A stretch of DNA of 64,000 nt from assembly GCA_030265395.1 (NCBI GenBank), contig JARFYF010000074.1:45440956-45504955 (forward strand), read 5' to 3'. Positions 37,271 through 49,918 of this stretch are shown piece after piece. The notes under the pieces are model-generated. The model was given only the letters and a program-made list of their open reading frames with translations, was not told the DNA's origin and searched no databases. A program made the position numbers and the translations under genes. Position 1 is the stretch's first letter; every line of letters begins with the position of its first letter. This DNA is from Rhina ancylostomus (taxonomy: Eukaryota).

Positions 37271-38460
37271 GACTCAACAGGATTCACGGTGTATGGTCCC
37301 AGCTGAACAGAGAGAGAGTGCAGTACATCTCCCAGCTGATTCAATGTGCATGCAAGCATAGTACCCTCTCATCCTCTACTGGGGGNNNNNAAAAAGAGGT
37401 TGAGAAGTACTTGCTATGGGGGTGGGGGAAGAGTACCAGAGATCCAAAGATCCAAATCTCATCACATCTGCAGTAACAATCCTGAGAGTTGCCACTGAGC
37501 AGACACTGATAAGATTTTAATCTTCCAACAAATTAGTCAGTGCTGCCATGCTGCAAGAATACACATCGTCTGGAGAAGGTGCTCACATCACCCTTGTCCC
37601 AGCTCTGTTATCATTTTCCCTTAAGGTAATAAGAAGATTTGCTTGTGAGCTGTTTTATGAAAACATGGGAGGTATTAAATCCCAGTTCAAATATTTACAT
37701 CTCACAAGTTGTGCTCAAAAACCAGAGGACTGCACTTCAGGCTGACGACAAGCTTTTTCAATGTTTTGGCATTCAACAACTCTCCTAACTCGATATCACA
37801 AGGATATATAAAGTCCTCTGGCTAAGATTGGGCGCAGATTGTGACTTCTGCTCTCTGAGATGTCTTTGCAGTTTCCAGCATTCAGTTTAGCCCTATTCCT
37901 TGTGTCCAATACACCACACAGTAAAATGTCCCCTCTCTTACACTCACCTCAAATAAAGCAATAAAAAACTGCAGATACTGAAAATCTGAATAAAATTCGA
38001 AAATGTTGGAAAAACGCAACAGGTCAAGCAGCATCTATGGAAGGAGAAACAATCAGTGTTTTAGGTCCAGGATCCTTCAGGCCTGAAGGGTCCCAAACCT
38101 GAAACTTTAACTGTTCCTCTTTCCACAGATCATCCTGACTTGCTGTGTATTTAGTTTTTTTTTGAAGAGTCTGCTTCTGACTCTGTCATCACTGCCCATA
38201 ACACCTGTATCCCCCCCCAATGATACCAGAGCGAGAGAAATTGCTGAACTCTGTTGACGTTCAGCTGGATCGCCAAGGATCTGCCAAGTGGTGTGCACAG
38301 CAGTCATTACTCAGGTAGGAAGCTGGCAAGTGGCAGGTCAGGCATTCTAGCCCTTTTCTCTTGCTTACAATGCTGCCTATCTTGGTTTCATTGTGTACCT
38401 GTCCATGACACCACACACTAAGAAAGGAATCCATAATCAAGCAAACATTTGTAAACTTAC

Positions 38461-38642
38461 CACTGGGAGTTGAATACTGCGTAAAACACAGTACTGGTCC
38501 AATTACTAAGATCTCGCTGCAACATAAAGACATCCTGAATCACATCAAAGTAAAGCTTGCTGGATGGATCACTACAAACAAGTGTAGTCTTCTGGAAGCT
38601 TGACCACCGCCTCTGTAGAATCTTGAGCCCACCAACGTCACC
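38461..38642 (-). CDS. SEMA4F: Semaphorin-4F-like exon (182 nt)
   Basis: tgcag|GGT GAC…TG|gtaagt; GDVGGLKILQRRWSSFQKTTLVCSDPSSKLYFDVIQDVFMLQRDLSNWTSTVFYAVFNSQ(W); this frame is not in the ORF track; phase 0->2. Confidence 0.95.
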
Positions 38643-38849
38643 CTGCAGCCAAGAGTCAATAAGAATAGTAAGGAANNNNNNNNNNTAAGGAAAAGAATTT
38701 GATGCACTTAGTGTATGCTTTAAACAGTGTTATTGCCTGTATTGCACTGCTTGTCTGTGTACACCACAATTGCACATGATGATTGTGTGAATGCTGGTGT
38801 GTCTACATGTAGAACTGCTGTGATAGTATCCTGGCTGGTGTATAACCCT

Positions 38850-39006
38850 GTCTATTTAACACTGCATAACCATATACTGTCTGTTTCAAACATTCTCTGT
38901 ATTTATCCTGCAGTCAGTGTCATTGCCTGTGTGGGCAATCTCTGAGTTTACCCTGCAGTCTGCAATACTGCCTGTGTGTGGCACTCTCTGTATTTAACCT
39001 GTAGTC
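38850..39006. repeat. Degenerate minisatellite, unit about 45 bp, 3-4 copies
   Basis: Recurrent ctctgtattta.cctgcagtc…ta(c/t)tgcctgtgtg..gca.t units. Confidence 0.7.
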
Positions 39007-39586
39007 TCATCTCTTTCCATTTTGCTGTCGTTTATTCTCACTTTTGGGAGACAGGTCAGAACTGTAGGAGCTCAGCATCACCCCCACCACTGATCCTTTT
39101 TGTTCTTCAAAAAAGGTAGAACTTGTGAAGCTGGAATTGAGACCACTTCCTCCGTCTAACCTGACCTCACCTGCAGGCAAAGCCAGATCCCGTGGAAGGA
39201 AGCAAAACTGAATAGTCCCATCAGTGCACCATTCAGTATAGGACCTGCACATTCAAACATTTCTACAGGTTTCTGACTTCACTAGAAACAGCTTATTGGA
39301 GATATCTTCCCAATTGTTTTCAGGGGGTTGCTAATTTAGGAGAGTGGGGAGATCTTCGCAATACGTTTATCACGTCACTAGCACTTCCAGAGGAAATCTC
39401 ACCCACCTTTTGTCTAATCTCTAATGAGCTGGCAAAATATAAAAAGAAAATTAAGTTGCATCTAATTGATTACCACACCTTTAATTGTTTGTCTTCTACT
39501 TGCCAAAGCATCACTGAGTGAAATTGGGAACCAAGTGCCATTGGAGAGGAAGTGTTGAGAGTCGTTCCCAACAGCTGATTGATTAC

Positions 39587-39738
39587 CTTGCAAATCCTGA
39601 CAACTCTGGAGACTCGTAGTTTGGTGTAGTAACTAAACTCCTTGCTGAGCTCACTGAAGAAAAAATATAGTTTGTCATCGTCGCCCACTTCACTTCTTAA
39701 ACTCTCCTTCACCAGAGCTGAGCCAATGAAAGTTGGTT
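39587..39738 (-). CDS. SEMA4F: Semaphorin-4F-like exon (152 nt)
   Basis: tacag|AA CCA…AAG|gtaatc; (E)PTFIGSALVKESLRSEVGDDDKLYFFFSELSKEFSYYTKLRVSRVVRICK (GDDDK.YFFF.E motif); phase 1->0. Confidence 0.95.
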
Positions 39739-42700
39739 CTGTAGGAGGTGGGGAAAGGCATCTCAGTTTTCACTGCACATGGTGCAATATTGTACATGCA
39801 CAATATGGATACAAGTCAAAGTCACAGTTAGCAGTAAAATAGCTTGTCTGTAACCAGTATCCATCTCAAGTAGGAACATGTATTCTATTGTTAATGTCTG
39901 AGAGCTTTCTATTTGCAAAGACAAATAAGATATTGAAAAAGCAGGGGTGACAAGAACCTGTGAAATGATGACACAAATATTTTTCTTTTTACAAGTGGCA
40001 TAAAATTACACAAGCCTTCCAATTCAGTGACTCAACCTGCAACTCTTGCTCACTTACACACTTCTCTCTCAGACTACTGATGCACCCCACAGCCACACAG
40101 TTTTGTATAGGCTGTACTCTTAATTTCAATGCATCCTTGGCACAATGGGTCTACCTGGAGCCGCACAATGGGCCAGACTAGGCAAGGATAACAGATATCC
40201 TCCACTAAAGGATGTTAGTGAACCAGATAGGGTTTTAATGACAATCAGTAGTTTTTCACATTAATGTAGTTGGTGTCCAGATGAAGGGTCTCAACCCAAA
40301 ACGTTGACAAATCCTTTCCTCCCACATGCTGCCTGACCTGCCAAGTTCCTCCAGCAGATTGTTTGTTGGTCCAGAATTCCAGCATCCATTGTTCTTTATC
40401 CGGCCCTCCTTCACTTAATGAAATTCTAAATTATTAACCAGAATTAAATTCCACAGCTGCCTGGATGGGATTTGAACTCAGATNNNNNNNNNNNNNNNNN
40501 NNNNNNNNNNNNNNNNNNNNNNNNNNNNNNNNNNNNNNNNNNNNNNNNNNNNNNNNNNNNNNNNNNNNNNNNNNNNNNNNNNNTTGAACTCAGATCTCCA
40601 GATTGTTAGTCTGAGTTTCTAGATTAGTAGTCCAGTAATTTAACCACTTTGTCACCAATGTACACTGACCTTGCATGAAGTTTTGCACGACAAAAAAAAT
40701 CCATTGATTGCTGTGTAAATTGGCTGACTTTGCCAATTATGGGAAGGTCAGAGCTGCTTGAACTGGAAGGTGCGATGCAATGTTGCCCTTACAGGTTTGG
40801 TGGAAGTACTGCAGCATAAATGAAGGAGTTGAAGATGCACAGCATGAGGATACCAGGACACCATTCTAAGGACCAGATTCCCCAAAGCAACAGCAGTAGT
40901 GATGATATTACAGTAAAACTCTGATAATCCAGCATGCTCAGGACTGGTGATGCTGGTCTGACAAATTTTCCAGACCATTAGTACGAATGTTATTCAAGCC
41001 CAACATATTTTTAATCAGTTTTTTAAAAATATTGTAAACATGGTTTTTATAACAAATTTTTGCAGCAAACTCTAAGTTTCAAGGGAGTGCGAGACCAAAG
41101 CTCCAGCAAGTCTGGTGGTGGTGGTGGTGGGGGTGGTGGGGGGAGTGGGGGGGGGGCGCCAAAGAAATCCCAGGCGCGTGCCGNNNNNNNNNNNNNNNNN
41201 NNNNNNNNNNNNNNNNNNNNNNNNNNNNNNNNNNNNNNNNNNNNNNNNNNNNNNNNNNNNNNNNNNNNNNNNNNNNNNNNNNNGCAAATACTAGAGGTCA
41301 CCTGTTTAATATGCATGGAGGGAAGTTTGGGGAGGGGGGGGGCAGAAAAAGAAATCCCAGAAGAGTGAAGTAAGCATTACCTCATGAGCCAGATGCCAAA
41401 CCATTGGGTTAGCCAACAAGTCATATAGCAAATTATCACGGTTTTCCTGCACTCAGTGGTATATTTATAGCAGCCAATTATTTTTATAACGGAATAAATC
41501 TAAATGCAAGTAAAATCATTCTACAAGTGACGAAGGGCGATTGGGTGGTTTGAATTTATAGGAACTGCATTATATCTAGTGTGTTGCAACCAATGAGGAA
41601 CTGAGCTGGAAATATAACTGGAGACCATGTCACCTGTTCCTGTGGTTTGCAACTGAAAGTTGATTTTACTGGGAGTAAAAGTGTTAATGACCATTTTGGG
41701 ATGTTTTGCTTCAGTCCAGAAGTTTGACTGAAAATTCCAGGTATTAATCATTGGTGGGGAGCTTGACCCAAGTTGTTGCATGGCAATAGAAATAATGTCC
41801 TATAATCCTACAGTCACTTTGGGGGAAAACTAATTTTCCCCAAAGTAACACTAAGCAGTGAACGCAATTAGATATCATAATCATTCTGGGAACTGCCCAC
41901 TTCCCCAAACTACTTCACCACAGTAATGCTATGACACCCCCCCATACACCACCATCCCTACTGAAACCCTGAGACAAAGGCCCTTGCCCACAACTCTCTG
42001 ATCGACCACCCTGTTGATCTGCTGATGTCGCTGATGACAGCTTTGATTTCCGAACTCTACACCAATCACCTCGCCCATCCTCGGCTGTGAGCCTAGCTTC
42101 CTCACCACCTCTGTGATCCTTGGCCAATCATTGGCCTAATCCTGGGGCTCAAGGTTCAATTCCTCATTTCCAACACCCCCACCCCCGGTTAGGCCCAATG
42201 ATTTCCTCCCTCCTCCAGAACCAATGTCCCCAGCCAAAGATATTGGCCCAATGTTTCTTCCTCCCACCCACAACCACAGCAGTGGCCTGATCATCCTGCT
42301 CACCCTCCACATCCCCAAGGCCCAACACAATCCATAGGGGATCTGAGGGGGAACCTTCTTCACCCAAAGACCTGGAATATAGTGCCGGAGAGAAAAGTAG
42401 AAAAGGAGTCGCTGACAACATTTATGAGATGTCCAGACCAGCCGCTAAACTGCCTAGACATGGAAGGCTATGGACCAAGTACAAGAAGATGGGATTAATG
42501 CAGATGGGTGCCCACTGGTCAGCATGGACATGTATGAGATGAACGGAATGGCCTGTTTCTATGCTGTACAACTCTATGTTAAAAGAGGACCCATGATGGA
42601 AACTGTGGCTGGTNNNNNNNNNNNNNNNNNNNNNNNNNNNNNNNNNNNNNNNNNNNNNNNNNNNNNNNNNNNNNNNNNNNNNNNNNNNNNNNNNNNNNNN

Positions 42701-43694
42701 NNNNNNNNNNNNNNNNNNNNNNNNNNNNNNNNNNNNNNNNNNNNNNNNNNNNNNNNNNNNNNNNNNNNNNNNNNNNNNNNNNNNNNNNNNNNNNNNNNNN
42801 NNNNNNNNNNNNNNNNNNNNNNNNNNNNNNNNNNNNNNNNNNNNNNNNNNNNNNNNNNNNNNNNNNNNNNNNNNNNNNNNNNNNNNNNNNNNNNNNNNNN
42901 NNNNNNNNNNNNNNNNNNNNNNNNNNNNNNNNNNNNNNNNNNNNNNNNNNNNNNNNNNNNNNNNNNNNNNNNNNNNNNNNNNNNNNNNNNNNNNNNNNNN
43001 NNNNNNNNNNNNNNNNNNNNNNNNNNNNNNNNNNNNNNNNNNNNNNNNNNNNNNNNNNNNNNNNNNNNNNNNNNNNNNNNNNNNNNNNNNNNNNNNNNNN
43101 NNNNNNNNNNNNNNNNNNNNNNNNNNNNNNNNNNNNNNNNNNNNNNNNNNNNNNNNNNNNNNNNNNNNNNNNNNNNNNNNNNNNNNNNNNNNNNNNNNNN
43201 NNNNNNNNNNNNNNNNNNNNNNNNNNNNNNNNNNNNNNNNNNNNNNNNNNNNNNNNNNNNNNNNNNNNNNNNNNNNNNNNNNNNNNNNNNNNNNNNNNNN
43301 NNNNNNNNNNNNNNNNNNNNNNNNNNNNNNNNNNNNNNNNNNNNNNNNNNNNNNNNNNNNNNNNNNNNNNNNNNNNNNNNNNNNNNNNNNNNCAAACAAT
43401 ACAAGTCTAAAGGCAACCACTTGAAATCAAGTCTTATATTGTTAGTTTCTGAAGTTGAGTTGTTATAACATTTCTACAGATCAGATCTATGACAATTATG
43501 AGCAACAACGAGAGAGTTAGAAAAATCACGGAGAGGCAGGAAATCTGAGGCCATCTGAAGGAGTCGGCAAATTATAATATCCCAAGAGGTCAGACTCTTG
43601 CTGTGTAGCTCCAGTTACACACAGCAGAGTGATCATCTTTCCTTCTTCTAACATATATCTAATTAATATTTATCAAAAACTATTCATTACTCAC

Positions 43695-43814
43695 CCTTCA
43701 GCCAGGAATCCAATGCCTCCGTTGTGATCCGCTGGTTAAAAGGACCCATTGCTCTGGTAATAAGGAACTGAGTCCCTTGGAGATCAGAAGCTGTTGCAGC
43801 ATACAGGACTCCAT
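43695..43814 (-). CDS. SEMA4F: Semaphorin-4F-like exon (120 nt)
   Basis: accag|AT GGA…G|gtgagt; (D)GVLYAATASDLQGTQFLITRAMGPFNQRITTEALDSWLK; phase 1->1. Confidence 0.95.
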
Positions 43815-43989
43815 CTGGTAATTCCGAGTTGGAAAGGAAAGGGTTGGTTAGCCATTTAATCTCACACACAATTCTACAGTGCATGCATTACATTAATCTT
43901 CCACTTTTCAAAGAGGTCTCATCAGCATTACACACAGCTCCTCAATTGAGAGGACAGACAGGCAGGCTGAGTCTTCTTAGGGCTCTGCT

Positions 43990-45715
43990 AATAGAGTCAT
44001 ACAGCACAAAAACAGACCTGTTGGCCCAACTGGTCCATGCTGACCAATATGGCCCATCCAAGCCAGTCCCATTTCCTTGCACTTGGCCCATAACCTTCTA
44101 AACCTTTCCAGTCCAAGTACCTGTCCAACTGTTTTAAAAGTTGTTATTGTATCTGCCTCAACCATTTCCTCTGGCAGCTGATACCACCCCTTGTATATAA
44201 AAAAAAAGTTGCCCCTCGAGTTCCTCTTAAATCATTCCCCTCTCACCTTAAACCTATGCCCTCTAGTTCTTGATACCCCAACTCTGGGTAAAAGACTGAG
44301 TGCATTCAATTCCCTATCAATGCCCCTCATGATTTTTATACACCTCTGAGATCACCTCTCAATCTCCTATGCTCTAAGGAATAAACTCCTAGCCTGTCCA
44401 ACCTCTCACTACAACTCAGTCCCTCAAGTCCTGCAGTATCCTTGTAAATCTTTTCTGCACTCTTTCCTATAGCAGGGTGTCCAAAACTGAACACAATAAT
44501 CCAAGTGAAGCCTCACTAATGTCCTGTACAACTGCATCATGACCTCCCAACTTTTATACTGAATGCCCTGACTGATGAAGGCCAACATGCCAAAAGCCAC
44601 CTTCTCCATCCTGTCTCCCTGTGACTCCATTTTCAGTGAACCATGTACTTATACTTCAAGGTGTCTCTATTCTACAACATTCCCCAGAGCCCTACTGTTC
44701 ACTGTGAAAGTCCGACCCAGATTTGACTTTCCAAAATGGAACACCTTGCACTTATCTGAATTAAACTCTATTTGCCATCCCTGAGCCCATTTACTCAGCT
44801 GATCAAGATCCCCCTGTAATTTTTGGTAACCTTCTTCATTGTCCACTATACCACCTATATTAGTATCATCTGCAAACTTACTAACCATGCCTTATACATT
44901 CTTATCCAAATTGTTGACATAGGTGACAAACAAAGGGCCCAGCACGGACCCCTNNNNNNNNNNNNNNNNNNNNNNNNNNNNNNNNNNNNNNNNNNNNNNN
45001 NNNNNNNNNNNNNNNNNNNNNNNNNNNNNNNNNNNNNNNNNNNNNNNNNNNNNTGGTAACCTTCTTCATTGTCCACTATACCACCTATTTCATAGTCATT
45101 TGCAAACTTACTAACCCTGCCTTGTACATTCTTATCCAAATCGTTGATATGAATGACAAACAACAATGGGCCCAGCACTGATCCCTGAGGCACACCACTA
45201 GTCACTGGCCTCCAGTCTGAGAAACAACCTTCCACCATCACCCTCAGCTTTCTACCATCAAGCCAATTGTGTATCCAATTAGCTTGTTTCCCTGGATTCC
45301 ATGCGATCTAACCCTCCGTGGCAGCCTGCCATGAGGGACCTTATCAAAGGCCTTACTGAAGTCCATATAAACCTTGTCTACCACCCTGCCCTCATCAACT
45401 TTTTTGGTCACCTCACTAAAAACTCAGTCAAGTTCGTAAGACATGATTTCCTATGCACAAAGCCATGCTGACCACCCCTAATCAAACTCCATCTTTCCAG
45501 ATGTACGTATATCATCACTCAGAATCCTCTCAGTAACTTACCTACAGCAGACGTTAGACTTACTGGCCTATAGTTCCCAGGCTTTTCTTTGCCACCCTTC
45601 TTAAATAAAGACACAGCATTCACTACCCTCCAGTCTACAAGCACCTCACCCGTGGCTAACAATAATGCAAATATCTCAGCCGGAGCTCCCCTAATTTTTT
45701 ATCTAGCCTCCCACA
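43990..45715 (-). mobile_element. CR1 LINE ORF2 (RT) and 3' end, broken by a gap
   Basis: FSDWRPVTSGVPQGSVLGPLLFVI.INDLD, SKFADDT, LYRTLVRLHLDYCVQFW; typical CR1 3' tail near 43990. Confidence 0.92.
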
Positions 45716-46650
45716 AAAAAATGTGGCCTTTGAGTTGGCACAAGTCCAAGATAGTTTTGGATAGCAGCTGGTATTGGAATTAAAAAAATCCTTTCACTTT
45801 TATCTCCCTCCACTGTTGCCCAATTAACCCTAGACAGGGAATTCAAGATCCTCAGCTGTCAATCTCAGTTGGGAGAAAGACGGAATCACTTTTACCATGG
45901 CTACACTGGCCAGGGGTAAAAGTAACATGAATTTCTGAATGGTACAGTTACACTACAAATATTGCAGATTTAAGCCATTTGTACTGATTGCATTAACTAC
46001 TTTCTTACCAATATACTGTACATACCTGTCCCAGCTTACTATCATGCCTGACCCTGACTCACATTCCCCATAGCCATACAAGTCAGGCAAAGAGAGGAAG
46101 AGTCAACAGGTACACTGGCATCTCCAATGAACTGTACCGTCCCTATCAGCAACCCAAAATGGTCCGATGTATGGATTTGAGAAACAGAGAGAATAGCAAA
46201 TGGGAAATGATTTCTCAATTATTACTTTAAGGTGTTTGAACCGTTTTCTTACTTGTACAGCACCAATTTCTGCCCCCTCCTGATACCAAATTGTGCACAT
46301 GTGAATGGGACTGCTGCAGCCCCAGAAATAAGGGTTACGTTTATTTTCACCCTGTGGCATCTTCACAACAGTAATAAAAAGCCCAGTGATTTGTGTTGAA
46401 GAACTCCCTGTAGTATTCCACTCTGAGCACATGCTGACTTCCACCTCTTCCCTTAATACACCCCATTAACTCCTCTGAAATAAAGGCCAATCCTTCCACA
46501 GGGTTCTACCAGGCCAGTACAGGTTTAAAGGCCGTAATAAATGAGCAGTGATCTGGGTCTTTATCACATGGACAATGATCAGTCTCTTGGTCAATGTTAA
46601 ACCTCATCGCTTCTATCGTGAATGAAGGTTGCAGAAACGTTTGAGATTAC

Positions 46651-46762
46651 CCGCTACCACAGTGGTGTGTTGCAAAGCAGGGTCATACGGACACCGAGCC
46701 TTGCCACTCTCCATTGATATCTCCCCATTCTCATCTTTCACCAGCTCGAAGTTGGAGACCTC
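46651..46762 (-). CDS. SEMA4F: Semaphorin-4F-like exon (112 nt)
   Basis: ttcag|GAG…G|gtaatc; EVSNFELVKDENGEISMESGKARCPYDPALQHTTVVA (ESG..RCPYDP motif); phase 0->1. Confidence 0.95.
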
Positions 46763-49332
46763 CTGAAACAAAAGACAATATAAATTCCATAAGTGACACT
46801 GTCATATTCCTGACACACCACTGTGCACAGAGCACCAGCCCTTCTCTACTGCTGTCTTCCCCTCAGTCTCTGCTGCACCCTGCACTGGTCCCTTGCTCTC
46901 TGCTGTACACACACCTGTTGCACGCTTGGGGCTGTACACCGACCAGCCACTCCCACACTGATATACCTATAATAACCACAACGCCTCTGCTTAGATTGGC
47001 AATGACATCATTAGTCCTTCAGTCATATGTTGTATTCTGTGAATTTTGTGAAAGGTCATGTGACTGGCTTCCAAGCATTGTTTAGCCTCTGTAATCACAA
47101 TAACCAGGCCGTGTGTGAAGGGCAAGCGAACATTCTTTGACCTATGATGCGGCAGAGTTCTGCGCCACACTGTTGACATCTCCAACAGAGTAGATCTTCT
47201 ACATGTAAAAGTCCTTCCCTCACACACCCCACAACAGTTCAGGTACAGACCAGTGTCTGACTCCATGGGGGACTTGGGATGGGATGCACGGGGGTGTGGG
47301 GGTTGAAATCATCGGAGATTGAAGGCGAAAACAGAAATTCAGCTCATAAGGATCTGGACCTCCAGGTGGCTCACCCCAAGAGGAGGAGGAGGAGAAGTTA
47401 GTGATCGTTAGTTGGGAGTGAGGAGAGGGGGTTGCAGGTAGGAGTTGTGCACCTCTTAAGCTTTGGGGGTCCTAAGGGAGGAGTGCCATAACAGGTACTG
47501 CTTTCTCTACATAACTATACTTTGTTGTATATTTACAAATTTTATGAATAAAGTATGGTTAAATATCACCATTTGCTTACAAGATTTATACCATGATAAT
47601 ATTATATTTTTCTTTTACACACATTCCATAAGCAATAAGTACATGGTTCTTTTTGCATCAGGCCTAACCCCTCAGTGTGTAAACGCCGGACCTTAAGCTA
47701 ATCACCTTTCGCCACAGAGGTGGCGAATATAGGATGCTCTTGGTGAGCAACAGAGTGCAACTGAATGGGATGTTCGATGGCAACATGGCTAGGTCCATCC
47801 TTCGTGACACTGTGGACAGGCAGAACCTCAGCACACATGTGGCTCTGTATACCCAAGTCAACGTATGCTTGATACAACCATACCTGAAGTTAAACATCAA
47901 GCAGAGGACCATATGTGGTGCATTCCTTCCCTTCCCCAACCCACTACCTTTCACTGGGGATTTGGTCGTCCCATTCCTGCAGATCTCCAGATAAAATGCA
48001 AAATGTCTTGGGTGACCACCACAGAGCAGGAACAGGGTGTAGGCCATACTTGCAACACTTACAGCAACACCAAGAACATCATCACCCAAGACATTTTGCA
48101 TTTTNNNNNNNNNNNNNNNNNNNNNNNNNNNNNNNNNNNNNNNNNNNNNNNNNNNNNNNNNNNNNNNNNNNNNNNNNNNNNNNNNNNNNNNNNNNNNNNN
48201 NNNNNNNNNNNNNNNNNNNNNNNNNNNNNNNNNNNNNNNNNNNNNNNNNNCCAACTCCCCAGCGAAAGGTGTTGGGGTGGGGAAGGGAAGGAATGCACCA
48301 AACATGGTCCTCTGCCTGGTTTCTCCACTCCCACATTCACAGACTGGAACACTCCAGTCCTCAATATTCAGTGGACAGGTAGAACCTCAGCACGTGTGGC
48401 TTTGTATACCCAAGTCAATGTACTGCTTGATACAGTCATACACAGAGTTAACCACCAGGCAGAGGGCCATGTGTGGTGCATTCCTTCCCTTCCCCACAAG
48501 ATGTCTTGAGTGACTGTGACAGAACATGAACAGGGTGTAGGCCACACCTTCACCACTTACAGCAACACCAAGAGCACCTCAGTTTTCCCACTCCCACATT
48601 CCCAGCATTTCACCTTGTCCACATACTCCACCCCACCCGGTTCTTGGTACACACCCTGGCTCCTCCAAAACCAGATTCCCAATACCCTTAAGGAATTGGA
48701 CCTGGTGGTGAANNNNNNNNNNGCACTTCACTTGAAGATGTATCTGAAGAAGTTCCCAGCACCCGATTCGACAAGTGGATACCTCCCCAAACTGGTCTCA
48801 TCTGAGGCACAATAATGCAGGCTCTACAAGCACTGAGGTGGCCTGCTTCTATGCAAAGGGCCTCCGCTGTGAGCCACTCACAACAAGACCATATTCAGGC
48901 AAGCAGCATCCTGTGTGTGTTGCAAGCTGCTAGACTCACTATGTGCATCTGGGTCCCTTTGAGCATTAGTGCCAGCTGCACTGAGGATCCCATGAGAAAA
49001 TTCAGACACTTCATAGGATTCACATCAAGTTCTCCATTTTATTTTATGATTGACTTTCGGTTTTGATTGAAATTGAATTGCATAACAAAGTTCCACACAC
49101 TTGTCACGTCCTTGGCAGACTTGCTTATTGGTTCATAGTCAATGTGAGGTATGTTTGACTGAACCTCAAACTCAGCTCCTTGCTGCTCTGGACAAAACCC
49201 ATGGCAACCAGGTACAGTCACCAGATGCACTGACTCGATGCAGTACCTGGAATGTACAGATGCCAAAAAAAATTAACATGCGTAAATTAAAGTAACAGAT
49301 TCTGCTGATTGCCAATGACGTCATGAGGGACA

Positions 49333-49613
49333 GGCATGGAAGCATAGTAGTTAGCGTAACTCTATTACAGTGCCAGCGACCCAGGTTCAATTCCTGCCGC
49401 TGTCTGTAAGGAGTTTGTACGTTCTCCCCACGACTGCATGGGTTTCCTCCGGGTGCTCTGGTTTCCTCCCACATTCCAAAGGCATACTGGTTAGGAAGTT
49501 GTGGGCATGCCATGTTGGTGCCAGAAGCGTGGCTACACCTGCGGGCTGACCCCAGAACACTAAGCAAAGATGCATTTCATAGTGTGTTTTGATGTACATG
49601 TAACTAATAAAGA
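49333..49613 (+). mobile_element. V-SINE (same tail subfamily as the 36484 copy)
   Basis: A/B boxes, V domain, tail …CCCCAGAACAC…GATGTACATGTAACTAATAAA. Confidence 0.88.
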
Positions 49614-49819
49614 AATTTTAGCTCACCTTACTTACATACTGCATGTTATGAACTGAGTAAAGAGTTATGTGACAGGTTTCCATGACACCACTCCCCTCAT
49701 TCCCCATTTGTCAATCAAGACACCATCAAGACTCAACTGGTCTCACTAGCACAGGAAAACAGGCACAGAAACACACTGCCATACCGTGTATGGGCTTAGT
49801 AACAGAAGATTTCTCTTAC

Positions 49820-49918
49820 AATGTAGGTGCACTGCGGATTAAAGGCGAATGTTCCGCACATGAAAATGTGTGTGTCGTTGAGGTACTGCAGAACACGGAT
49901 GAAATTGTTGCATTCTTC
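49820..49918 (-). CDS. SEMA4F: Semaphorin-4F-like exon (99 nt)
   Basis: tgcag|GAA…ATT|gtaaga; [33 protein letters not shown], the classic CGTxAFxP.C motif; phase 0->0. Confidence 0.95.

Noticed and set aside
38850-39006. CRISPR-like repeat-spacer array
   Set aside because: Degenerate tandem minisatellite without unique spacers, in a vertebrate intron with no cas genes.
40471-40595. TTGAACTCAGAT repeated on both sides of a gap
   Set aside because: Typical contig-overlap artefact at a fixed 100-N gap.
41060-41368. Gly-rich ORF resembling a protein low-complexity region
   Set aside because: Translation of a G-rich tract next to a gap; no splice signals or homology.
42422-43468. Long ORFs of 200-330 aa here and at 35442-36349, 60429-61290 and 2791-3504
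   Set aside because: Their length comes from N gaps translated as X, so they are not evidence of genes.
44824-45185. Repeat of about 130 bp of CR1 RT sequence on both sides of a 100-N gap
   Set aside because: Most simply two CR1 copies or haplotypes joined at a scaffold gap; cannot be taken as a real tandem duplication without long reads.
47660-47735. Possible HDV-like ribozyme (…GGCGAATATAGG) or CTCF site
   Set aside because: I could not build P1, P3 or P1.1 of the HDV fold, and the CTCF match has the wrong spacing. Only the hairpin is supported.
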